Assembly (NCBI GenBank): GCA_030704615.1
Contig: CM060732.1
Span: 49,972,001-50,036,000, forward strand
Direction of reading: 5' to 3'
Source of the DNA: Takakia lepidozioides
Taxonomy: Eukaryota; Plantae; Bryophyta
Length of the DNA stretch: 64,000 nt
The notes under the pieces are model-generated. The model was not told the DNA's origin. It saw only the letters and a list, made by a program, of their open reading frames with translations, and did no database searches. Position numbers and translations under genes: made by a program. This document shows positions 1-10,790 of this stretch, in pieces. The number at the start of each line of letters is the position of its first letter. Positions within the stretch are counted from its first letter, which is position 1.

Positions 1-240
1 GCCATTATTGAAGCAAACCGTATCAAAACCTGCACAAACTAGAGGATTGATGAGGACTGAGAGGATTGATGCATGATCCATTAGGGCAGCCGAGCAGCAT
101 TTGCAGAGGAGGTTGCTCCATGCGAGATCGCCCTTACTGTGAGCTGAACCTGAGGACACCCACACCATGCCGCTGATGCCAAGGACGCTGTGATGCCCTG
201 TGCTGTTGTTGTAAGTCCCGCCATAGCTCTCTCTCTCTCA

Positions 241-435
241 CGGAAGATTGCTGCTGTGGAGTGCGCTTGGAAATGCGGTGATGGTGGTCCTCCGCAGTGT
301 AGAACAGGTCGGGGGCGTGTGTGCGTCCAGACACCACAGTCCAGCAAAGTCGACAGCATTCTATGCTCGAACTGCACCGGAAATGAGGCAGTAGTGTGCT
401 CACAGTGTGAGGGGAACGGCCTCGGGAACCTGTAG
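241..435 (+). pseudogene. Fragment of a BSD2-like DnaJ-type zinc-finger protein (two of four CxxCxGxG repeats)
   Basis: Translation SKVDSILCSNCTGNEAVVCSQCEGNG resembles the first half of the plastid BSD2 zinc domain. It stops right after, with no second half in view. Confidence 0.45.
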
Positions 436-932
436 ATAACCAGGGAACAGGAACCAAGACAAGTATTTTTATTTTTATTTTAAAAGAGTTTTCTTTGTAT
501 TTGTTGTCTTATTAAAATAAATAAATAAAAAAGGGAAAGAAAAGAAAAATGTGTTAGGTTTAAAGAGCCTGGTTGGTCATATCTTTGTCAAATGAGCTCC
601 GTTTGACTCAGTTTTTGGGGGGATAGCTGCAGAAAGGGGAAATCTACCTAAATAGACCTGGTTTTTGTTTTTGGGACTCTGCTAAAAATCTATGGAATTT
701 TTAGAGTGTGAGTGTGCCGTGAAAGATCCACAATTCTGTTTCTAGAACCTGTTCTGGTCTATTTGAGAGACATATCTGTGGATGTCCTCCTTGTATGGCT
801 GGGGGAAATGAGGACGTAATTGAAGGGCAAGTCTCTTCTCTTAGCCTGTGCACACAAGGGAACAAGATTTATGTTTCCCAAGGAACTCAGACTGATTTGA
901 GTGGAGAACAATTGGACGAGTTGATTGCATAA

Positions 933-1544
933 TGGGAGTCAGGCATTAGCAGTGGACAACAGACTGCTGTAGTTGGCGTTGAGGGCCTCAATATCGCTTT
1001 GGACAGTCAGAACTCTGTTGGAGCCAACAGTTCTGCAGCTGTAAGTGAAATACCAAAGTGGGTGAAAGCTAGGCTTGGAACACAGCCAAAGACAGCCCCG
1101 GGGACCAAGGTGTTCAGCCACAAGGCTGTGGTGTACTGGAGCAGAGGAGCAGGAGCTACACAAGTTTGTGCAATCAGACAGCGTTGCAGCCGGACACGCT
1201 CTGCACAAGGCAACCACGAGCGGGGGTTCATTAGCGAGGACAAGTTTGTTCTGTTTGAAGGAGATGCAGTCATTCGCAATGAGGACACCCGCAACCGTCT
1301 CAAAGCTTTCGAGTTGAGAGACTATCAGACCCTACATTTGTTTTCTTTAGTGTTTAGTGAGCGGGAGATATCAGAGTGTTGCTTTGTCTCTACTTGGCAA
1401 AAAGAGGAGGAGGGTTGGTTAGAGCGAGCTACTGTAGCTTGGGACAAGGTTAGTGGCAGGTTTCTGGACATATATATACCTCCTACACCTTACCATCATG
1501 CAGAGCGAGGCACTTTGAGAGAAGTCTGGCAGTTGATAGCATAG
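933..1544 (+). other. Open frame of unknown function upstream of the Gypsy gag (possible TE accessory ORF remnant)
   Basis: About 200 codons without a stop and without an ATG start; no recognisable motif. Confidence 0.2.
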
Positions 1545-2064
1545 ATCAGGATTAGATCTTGCTGGGTCGGGCTTCTATTCTTCCCCTCCATCTCTGTACT
1601 ATTTTCATTACCTTGTACTTGTAGTTGCCAAAGCCTCTCTTGGTGGAGGCCAGTCAGTCCGGGGTTTTGGGCTGGGATATTCTGCAGGATCAGCGTTGCT
1701 GCTTGATTTTGGTGTGGGGGTGTTGATGTTTTGATTTCTTGTGTTTGGATCCCCCCCAACACCTGCATGCTTGATTGTGCGCCATGTTGGTTTTGTGTGG
1801 GCGCTTGCTTTCATAGGGATTAGGCCGGATTTGATCACCAGTCAATCCTAGAGTATGCTGTCGGTGGTGAGGCTGGAGTGATGACCAGCAAGACCACCAG
1901 TGTTTCTTCTATGGTGAGGCTGGGTTGATGACCAGCCAACCATAGGAGTTCTTGCGGTGGATGCAGGTGCAGGTGCCCTGAGCCACTGGGATATGACCCT
2001 TACACTGCAACAGGTGCCTACCCGTGTCACTATTAGAATTAGTAATAGAGCCTTATAGTGTCAT

Positions 2065-3711
2065 GTGGGGGAGGTGCACATTGTGAGTGTCATCACGGAG
2101 TTACCCAAGGGTTCTGAGGGGAGTACGGCTACAGGCAGTAGCAGTGAGAGTGGGTTCACCAGACGAGGTGTTCGTTTCAGACCACCTTCACCTCCGCCCT
2201 CAACTAGTGCAGAGTCAGACACAGACTCAGAGGCTTCATCAACAGGTGTGCAGTTTCATTCGCCATTGTTGTGGGACGACATTGAGGAGATGTATGGAGC
2301 TACCAAGGGGCCTCGTAGGTACTCTGGAGCTGTGGGCACAATTGAGCTGGATGACTTTATCCAGGAGTTCGACAGCTGGTGTGATTTGCAGCAGATGCGC
2401 AATCCACAACTGTTCACTCCATTCATGGCGTGGAAGGGACTGTTCCAGCATTTGGAAGGCCCGCCTATGGACGATTACCACGAGTTCAGGCGAGGACATG
2501 AAGCGGAGATTGAGGAGTGGAGGATGTATTGGTCACCTGACTACATCTCCATTACTCGAGGCACGACGCGACCAGTAGTTGCATCAGTACCAATATCTCC
2601 CACTACCAGCACTAGTAGTGGAACAAGTAGTGCCGGTACTTCTGCAGGTGGTACCAGTTCAAAAGGTGCTACTACTCCTCCTGCCACGACTACAACACAT
2701 GTGCCTAGATTCAACCCGGTGGCGGAGTTCTTCCAGGAGTTGCGGAGGAACTACCAAGGTGTACGGACAGAGAAGCTGCGAAGTTTGCAAGACTTCCAGC
2801 GCAAACCCAGTGAGAGCCTGCGAGAGGCGTACACTCGTATGAGGCGCTTGATAAGTGTGACCCAAGGGGTTACTGAAGCTCAGGCAATCCAATTTTGGTA
2901 TGGAATTCTGGACAAGGAGCTCAAGAGAAGGGTGCGAGATGCAACCTTGTTACAAGCAGCCCAACCCACATTAGCAGATGTGTTTCTGCTGGCTGAGCGG
3001 ATTGAGCTCAACATGGTGGAGGAGCGAGTTGTCACCATTGGATTTGGCAAGGACATACCTGCACGAGGCACAGCTGCCAGCCCACAGGCACAAGGTACTG
3101 CCCAACAGCGTGGTCAGGGGGGCAAGGTTTCCCAACCCAAGTTCCATGGAGCTTACAGGGGACCTCAGGTGCAGAGGCCCGTGGCATCTTTTGCAGGCCA
3201 ACAGCAACCAGGGGTGATATGTTGGACATCTGGAGGACCCCATGTCAAGAGAGATTGCCCAGAGAGTGGCAGAAGGCCGGCACAAGCACAGCCTGCACAG
3301 TTGCAGTGTGGGCATTGTGGCAAGTATGGGCATGGAGATGCCCAGTGTTATGACTTGCATCCTGAGTTGCGCCCAGGCCAGTTCCAAGGGAACAATGGTG
3401 GCCAGGGGCGAGGTGGACCAGCCCAGAGAGGACGAGGTGGTTGGGCACGAGGTGCAGGCCAAGGACAAGCTCAACATAGCCAAGGACGCGGTGGTCAGGG
3501 TGTTGACCAAGGCATAGCCAACCGGCTTCAGCAGCTAGAGCAGAGGCTCGCTGCAATGGCTATAGCTCAGGCGGTACCGGCTCCCAGGCGGGATGGTCCA
3601 CCTCCTGCTCCTGAGGGAGGAGATATGGGAGGCATGGGATTCATGTGCGGAGCAGCACTACCACTAGTGCAGGTGGAGTTTGCTGCAGCCGTGACTCGAG
3701 GAGCAGCATGA
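2065..3711 (+). pseudogene. gag: Gag region
   Basis: Retrotransposon-gag motif QRKPSESLREAYTRM; zinc knuckles CWTSGGPHVKRDC (degenerate) and CGHCGKYGHGDAQC; RGG-rich nucleocapsid tail. The TGA at 3709 is in frame with pol. Confidence 0.85.
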
Positions 3712-4269
3712 GCTCCTGAGCCACGAGGTGCAGAGGTGGAGTTGGATCCACAACGTGGGGAGGCAAGCCGTCAGGCGAGGCTGCCTCAGTCATTCACCTT
3801 GGCGGAGACAGTGTCAACGCTATCCATGGCACCTAGTTCTCGCTCGACTGTTACCGAGGCGGAGGTTACTATGCCATTGGGGAGAGCTACACGTGTAGCA
3901 CTGACACCTGCTGCCAAGGCTAGTGCAGCCGGTGTGTTGTTGGGGGCAGCCACCTCTGTGTATCAAGCCCCACTGTTCTCGACAACCATGATTGCGACGC
4001 CGGGGGTAAGACCAACTGCAGTGTTCAGACTAGCAGCAACACTCTGTGAGAGTGGGGAGGTCACTTCATCTTCTGCGGAGTTACTGGAAGGTGTAGTGGC
4101 AGAGGGATCCTCGGATTTGAGGGTCAAGACTGCCACGGCTGCGCCATGGCAAGCTGCAGCTGCCAGGTTGACGGAGCTGCCAGCTAGGCCAGCCTTTGAG
4201 CGCGCCATGGTGACACCTGGAGTTGTCTTGTTAGACAACCAGGATGTCATTTTATCTTTGAGTGGACCG

Positions 4270-4650
4270 GCAGGCAAGAAGTACCGGCCACTGCGGGTCT
4301 TGTTGGACTCGGGAGCCCAGCCACTGATGTTGGGCAGAGCTGCTATTGCAGGTTTGGGCCTCATGGAGGCGGATATGGAGCCTTGTCCTTTCCAGATACA
4401 GACATCTCTGGGAGGATCAGAGCAGGCTCGGGGCATGACACGGCATCAGTTGGCCATTAGACTGCAGCCGGATCATCCTGTAAATGGCTCAGTGATGCGG
4501 GTCAAGGCCATTGTGACAGACGCAGTCTCTTATGATGTCCTCGTTGGTGGGGCAGTGTTATATCCCATGGGTTTCACCCTGGACTTTTGGGAGGAGTCAG
4601 CATCCTACAGGCCTGGATGGCAGTCAGGGGATGGTCGTCGTGCACAGCTC
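4270..4650 (+). pseudogene. Retropepsin-type aspartic protease domain
   Basis: Catalytic motif VLLDSGAQ and downstream YDVLVGG motif. Confidence 0.85.
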
Positions 4651-5019
4651 CCTGTGACATTCATTGGGGGTATTGCGGCTGCCCAACGGGGCAAGATGCC
4701 AACATTAGCCGCCTTTACAGCTGCAGTTAGTTGGCCTGGAGAGTTGCTGGAAAGCAATGCCCATGCAGAGGATGTGTCACCTTCAGCAGAGCAGGATGAC
4801 ATGCATGGTATGGCGGAGTTGCCTGCCATGGTTGCTCACACTCCATTGTGGGGTACGAGCAAGGATTTGCAGCAGGTTGCTGATCGACGGGTGCAACAAG
4901 CCTGGGTAGAGGCTTTTGTACCGTCAGAAGAGGAGGAGAGTGCGGGTATTGCACCAGGACCACCTCAGTTGTCACCATTGGATACCACACCTATTGTGTG
5001 GCAGTATCCGGATGAAGGC

Positions 5020-6705
5020 ATTTGCCTTCTGGACTTGTTTGGCGGGATCAGCACCGGATTGGCTGCTGTGCTACAGGCAGGTGTGCAGGTAAGGCATTAC
5101 CTGTATGTGGAGAGGGATGAGATTGCACGACGCGTCTCACTGCGCCATGTTGCTCAGTTGGTATAGCAGTACCCTGCTTTGTTGCCAGTGTCTGCAGTTC
5201 GTGGATACCAACAAGCCTTGCCAGCAGACATTTCGTTGCTGGGGGCGCCGGATTTGGAGCAGGTTGGCTCCATTGATCTGGTAGTGGCAGGTTGGCCCTG
5301 CCAAGGGCATTCATCAGCCGGGCATGACAATGGATTGCGAGACTCGAGGACGGGTCTGTTTTGGGAGATGGTGCAGGTTTTGCGCCACTTGCAGCTTCAT
5401 CAAGCTGTATCGCCAGCATACATCTTGGAGAATCTGCCATCAATGCCGAATTTCTGTGTTGACAAATGGTTGCAGGCTGCTTGAAACCATGAACGAATTT
5501 GAGAATCCTTTTGCATCATAACTTTTGGGTCATATAGGTATATATGAGGTGGCACCGAAGGTAATACCCAATGATCTCCACTGGAATAACTTTGAAAGCG
5601 TGTTTGCATCTTTTGTTGCTCAATGTGGTATCGTACCATAAAACAAGCAGCGTAGTATAACCCGCACCCCATGACAATACTTGCTATCTCCTTGGTCTTG
5701 GTATAAATGAGTCCATGTACAACCTGGAAAGCAATCAATTCCCTCAACATGGTACCTGCCTCGTGCCAGTATTGTGCAAAGTGATGATCTTCAATATGTC
5801 GATTGTTCGGAAGAACTTTGGTCCTAGTTGCCACTGGCAGCCATATACGCATGATTTGGTAGTAATGTGCGAATGACTGCGGAGGACTAAATTCTTTCCA
5901 AGCCAAATCCAACATGATGGGAATTTGGTTGAAGGGCATAATCATAGCCCTACTGTACTCCCTTGCAGCTGGAGTTTTAGGTGGGTTAAAAGCAGCATTG
6001 CCCCATACCTCCGGCTGTGGTGGCTTTTTAACCATACGATCTCTCTCTGTCGGGTCTACGATATTTTCAACAGCAGCAAATTTAAGATCCATGTAATACT
6101 TCCACAAGGATTCCCCAGGTTGGTAAGTCCTGGCCGAAAGCTTGGCAAAGCAATCCAAAGGCCTCTCGGGAGGTTTGAACAATGTCTTTGCCCATTCCAC
6201 CAGGGTGATGGCCAGTCTGCATCAAGTCCGGTCGTGGCTTGGGTCAGCAGTGCTGCTGGATGCAGCTGCAGTGGGATCACGGGCTCATCGTCCACGGCTA
6301 TGGTGGACTAACTTGATGCCACCCGCACTGCTCAAGCGTGCATTTGATGGGGTGCAGTGGCCAACACACCTCATAGTAGACAGCATTTTGGACACAGGGA
6401 GGCAGTCTCAACGTGTGAGACACGATGACCGTTCGCCTTTGGCAGTGGTCAATAGGGTGGGTCAACCACGAGCAGCATTACCTACACTGCTCAGCTTCCC
6501 AGGATCCCATGCTTTTCGGGATGGTGGACCTGGCCTCCTGTGGGATGCTCAGTTACAACAGTTAGTGGAGCCTAATGCTGACGAGCGAGAGCGGGCTATG
6601 GGATTTTCCACTGGGACCACGGCGGTGCCTTCTCTTTCTGAGGCATCACGTCGTCAGGTGTTGGGGCAAGCAATGGATCTCAATTGCTTGACCTGGATTA
6701 TCAGC
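5020..6705 (+). pseudogene. C5 cytosine DNA methyltransferase domain (DNMT3-like) inside pol, interrupted by a stop at 5164 and an insertion at ~5437-6200
   Basis: Motif I LLDLFGGISTG, II YVERD, III PADI, IV AGWPCQGHS (catalytic Cys 5299-5301), V DSRTGLF, VI YILEN, VII LLDAA, VIII AHRPRLWWTN, IX ERERAMGF, X RRQVLGQAMD, in canonical order. Confidence 0.92.
5437..6200 (-). other. Foreign AT-richer insert carrying an uninterrupted ~255-codon antisense ORF of unknown function
   Basis: Lies between DNMT motif VI (ILEN) and the resumed DNMT frame (RVMASLHQVRSW). Minus-strand ORF 5400-6200 spans it. No TSD visible. Confidence 0.7.
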
Positions 6706-7167
6706 TTGGCTATGGCTGAACAACGTAGAGTGCGGAGTGCACTTCCCTTGACAGTCTCTCTGCCTACCGAGACGGTACAGGCAGCGAGTGGGGGCGAGCC
6801 GGTGAGGACCACGGGGTGTAGACATCCATGGCACATGTGGGAGGTGCTCGAGGTTTAGAGGGAGTTGGCAGCCAAGGCAGCTATGATGGATGAGGTTGGG
6901 GATTCTTCTCGGGATGAGGAGGTTCTCAATGATGAGATGATGGGGCAGGATGAGGCCTTGTCATTGACTGAGCAGGAAGGAAGTACTGCTCAAGAGGTTG
7001 CAGCATAGCAACCACGGGACGCGTCCTCTACCTCTAAGCCCACTGGACTTAAGGTTGCAGTTACGGAGGACAATTGGGAGCCTGACATTGGACCCATTGT
7101 CACCGGAGGAGAGAGACGACGTATACGGCGGTTCCTGAGGGCTTACAGGAATTGCTTTGCCTTCAGT

Positions 7168-8355
7168 TTGAAGGACTTGGGAGCACTAAAGGGTCAAGAG
7201 ATCCGTATTGAGTTGGCCACTGACACGCCAATTTTTCAGAGACCCTATAGATACAGTGACATGGAGAGGTCTTTGATTCAGATGAGGACTCAAGATCTCT
7301 GGGAGGCAGGTTTGGTGGAGCTCTCTGGTGGAGAGTATGCTTCAGCCACAGTAATGCCAGCCAAGAAGGATGTCTATGGCAATTGGACGGAGAGACGTAT
7401 GTGCGGTGATTACTGGCCTGTAAATCGTCAGACCAAGTCCGATAGGTATGCCATGCCGACACCAGAGGAGATCTTTGATGCCATTGGGCATTCCAAGGTC
7501 TTTAGCACGTTGGATTTACGATCCGGATATCACCAGTTGCCGATCAAGGAGGCGGATAAGCAAAAGACGGCATTCTGGGGGATCAATGAGCACGGGAAGG
7601 ATTGCCTATACCAGTGGCGGTTCTTACCATTTGGGCTTAAAAACGCTCCCGCTGAGTTTCAAAGAGTCATGGACAGGATTCTAGCAGGGGTGGAGTTTGC
7701 TCGGTGCTACATAGATGACATCATCATCTTTAGTGCTACGGTGGAGGAGCATGAGAGACACCTTCAGGGGGTATTTGAGCGCTTAAGGACGCACGGATTG
7801 AAGTTACATCCGGGCAAGTGCAAGTTTTTCCACAACCAGATTGAGTATCTGGGTCACATGATATATCCTGGAGGATTGGGGGTACAGCAGACTAAGGTAG
7901 AGTCCATTGCACAGGTTCCACGCCCCACGGATGTGAGCCGAGTTCGAGCTTTCATGGGGTTAGCAAACTATTACAGACGGTTTGTTAAGGGATTTAGTGC
8001 CATTGCAAAGGCTCTAACCAAGCTGACCAAGGTGGACCAGGAGTGGCAGTGGGAAGATGAGCAAGAACAAGCTTTTCAAGAGCTCAAGGCGAGATTGACC
8101 TCGGCGCCCATCTTGAGACGACCTATCAGGGGGCGTCCTTTTGAGCTGCATACAGATTGGAGCATGTTGGGGCTTGGAGCGGTGCTCACACAGGTGGATG
8201 ATGAGGGGAGAGAGTTCGTAGTGGCTTATGCTAGCCGCTCGAACAATGCTGTAGAGTCTAAGTATAGCTCATATGAGGGAGAATGCTTAGCTGCAGTGTG
8301 GGCCGTGGCACACTTCAGGTGCTATCTATACGGCAATCTCTTCACCCTTGTCACG
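7168..8355 (+). pseudogene. pol: Reverse transcriptase and RNase H (RNase H C-terminus deleted at ~8355)
   Basis: Motifs FSTLDLRSGYHQ, PFGLKNAP, CYIDDII, ELHTDWS, AYASR. After FTLVT the sequence jumps out of frame to NRNADGLSR, so the usual DH...RW...HR segment is missing. Confidence 0.95.
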
Positions 8356-9846
8356 GAATCGCAATGCAGATGGGTTGAGTCGCAATCCATGCACGAGCCA
8401 GCAGGATGACACTGGAGCTCGGTGGCATGGTGAGACGGACGAGGAGATGGTGCCCGGATGGCATGCATCTGCATTTCTGCGTATCTTGGCAGCGGAAGGC
8501 CAGGTTGGACCTGCAACAGGGATGACTGTAGATCAAGTGTCTGAGGACCCTGAGGCCAGCAATGAGCAAGGTGGCGCCAAAGATATACATGAGGATTCAG
8601 TTGTGTTGGACTACCTCCGCACCAGAGACACTACAGCCACTGTGACTGCCAAGGAGAGGGATCGGATCCTACAACGAGCCAAGAGGTTCAAGTGGGAGGG
8701 GACACACCTGCTCCGAGTGTGGGAGGATGGTCGAGTGAGGATTGTGCCTCACCCAACACAGCGGGCACGGTTAGTGCGGCATGCCCATGAAGAGTTGGGG
8801 CATTTTGGGGTGCGACGCACTCATAGTCTACTGCAGGGGCAGTATTGGTGGCGTGGTATGCACACAGAGGTGCAACAATTTGTGGCTAGGTGCATGGTGT
8901 GTGACAGGGTGCATGCTTCATTCAACGCCCCTACTCCACAATTGCACCCTCTTCCGATCATGGGATTGGGCTACAGGTGGAGTCTTGACTTCGCAAGGCC
9001 ATTGCCACTGACCATGCGCCACAACAAGTACGTGTTGGTGATGGTGGAGCACTTCTCCAAGTGGATTGAATTGGTTCCATTGCCTGATAAGGCTAGTGAG
9101 GGAGCTGCGTATGCATTCTTGGATTGTGTGCTTAGCCGATTCGGTGCTCCAGCTGAGGTACTCATGGACCAAGGGAGAGAGTTCTTGGGGGAGTTTCAGG
9201 CTTTGTGTGACAAGGCCTTGATAGACCACCGCACCACTTCTCGGGATCATCCTGAGGCCGATGGCTTGGCAGAGAGAGTTGTTCAGACAGTAAAGAGGGG
9301 TTTGCGCAAGTATGGCTTGCAGAAGGAGATTGGGACCTTCAGTTACCCTGGTTAGCCATGGGCTACAGGTTCAGCAAGCAAGCATCACTTGCCTCATTCT
9401 CACCATACTTTCTTCTCTTTGGCCGAGAGCCGGATTTGCCTACATCCATTCGCAGAGAAGCTGCTACAGTTCTTAACCTTGACGATCCGGACGTGTGGGC
9501 ACGTGCATGTGAGCAGCGTGCAGAGTTGTTCAAGAGAGTTATGCCCATGGCTTTCGAGAACCTTGCCATTGCACAACACCGTGATACGTTGAGGTATGCT
9601 ACCATACGTGGTGGGGGCTATCGTCCTGGGGTTCGGAGATTCAACCCTGGTGACTATGTCTATCTGCAACAGACTGCTCCTACGACCCTGGATGTGACTG
9701 TAGGACGTGTTATTTTGAGGGTTCGAGAGGTCTTGCCCTCAGGCGTCTTGGTCTTGGAGGGTCGGGATGGCATAACTTGGAAGGACCATGTGCGTAATTG
9801 TGCGCCATGTCACCTTCCGAATGTCGATGGAAGGATTGACCCTGAC
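8356..9846 (+). pseudogene. Integrase (HHCC zinc domain plus DDE core), frameshift at ~9327
   Basis: HAHEELGHFG...CMVC; SLDFA, VMVEHFSKW, DQGREF, HPEADGLAERVV; SPYFLLFGREP. Confidence 0.93.
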
Positions 9847-9849
9847 AGT

Positions 9850-10012
9850 GGTATCTGCAGGTTTGAGGTGCATGTTGTGTGGGTCTGCTAAAGGGGCAGC
9901 CATCATGCTGGTGTGTGATCGATGCTCTAGAGGTTGGCATATGGGATGCTTGACTCCACCTCTTGAGATGGTTCCGGATGGGGATTGGTTATGTCCACAA
10001 TGCATTGGATAG
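9850..10012 (+). pseudogene. PHD finger at the pol C-terminus
   Basis: C4-H-C3 pattern CMLC...CDRC...HMGC...WLCPQC followed by the stop codon; joined to integrase across a small frameshift at ~9847. Confidence 0.9.
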
Positions 10013-10271
10013 TGGGAGTGGATACAATCATGGAAGGCTAACAAGCAATGCAAGGCCCAGCTACAGGAGACCTTGAATACACGAAGTCCTGGCTCAAATT
10101 CACAGATTGCAAGACGGCGACTAACAATGGGGCTACTCTTGTACCCGGCCTCTTGGTCTATAGAGTTTGAGTACGATAGGGACAGTGATAGAGGACTTAG
10201 TACGGCTCTGGCTATTACGTCTTGTAGCTATCTGGAGGTAGAGGGACCTATCCACCAGCTAGGGGGGCGAT

Positions 10272-10790
10272 TGTGGTAGACTACTTTATTGTGCATATAC
10301 GTGTGGTGTGGTTTGGACAACGATGTAGTTGTGTTGCGATACGTATGCGCACGACAGCTGTCAAGTTAAATAAGCACAGTGTGAAACTAGGTAGAATAAA
10401 GCTAGTTATTTGTATTTAACACTTGGATTTAGGTCAAGTGTTAAATTAGGTGTCAAGTTTAGTTTGACACCTGACCCGTCTTATCTTCACGAGAGCGGCT
10501 GTCGCGCGGCTCATCTCTCTCGAGTTGAGCCTGCGCGACCGAGCTCCTGCATGCGTTTAGATCTGAGTGTATTCATGATGGGAGTGTAGGTTGTTGTGGG
10601 GTGGAGTCCCCATAGCTTGGGGTGCCCCTGGCTCGACTACTATTTCTAAGAGTGATGGTTTGGTTTTCATGTTTTGTGTCAACAGTGTGTTCTTGGGTTT
10701 TCTTATCTATTGTGGTAGACTACTTTATTGTGCATATATGTGTGGTTTGGACAGCGATGTAGTTGTGTTGCGATACGTATGCGCACGACA
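10272..10790 (+). repeat. Putative 3' LTR of the Gypsy element, bounded by an 80-85 bp direct repeat (10272-10356 and 10711-10790)
   Basis: Starts TGT just after the PPT AGGGGGG and ends ACA. Unrelated LINE ORF1 sequence starts at 10791. Confidence 0.7.

Larger units (their letters stand above)
2065..10790 (+). mobile_element. Ty3/Gypsy LTR retrotransposon with DNA methyltransferase and PHD domains (decayed; 5' LTR not seen)
   Basis: Domain order Gag-PR-(DNMT)-RT-RH-IN. Polypurine tract at 10261-10267 followed by a TG...CA LTR. ORFs starting at 2065, 3736, 5179, 6142 and 7168 share one frame, broken by single stops and the foreign insert. Confidence 0.95.

Noticed and set aside
3709-3711. 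Programmed gag-pol stop-codon readthrough
   Set aside because: Three more in-frame stops and several deletions show general decay; CGA-to-TGA mutation is the simpler explanation.
5437-6203. Spliceosomal intron or intein in the DNMT domain
   Set aside because: It ends near a CAG but has no GT donor after motif VI; the plus frame stops at 5482-5484, which excludes an intein.
5020-6705. Bacterial restriction-modification methylase or contamination
   Set aside because: The domain is in frame within a retrotransposon polyprotein and flanked by intron-containing plant genes; no restriction enzyme or operon structure.
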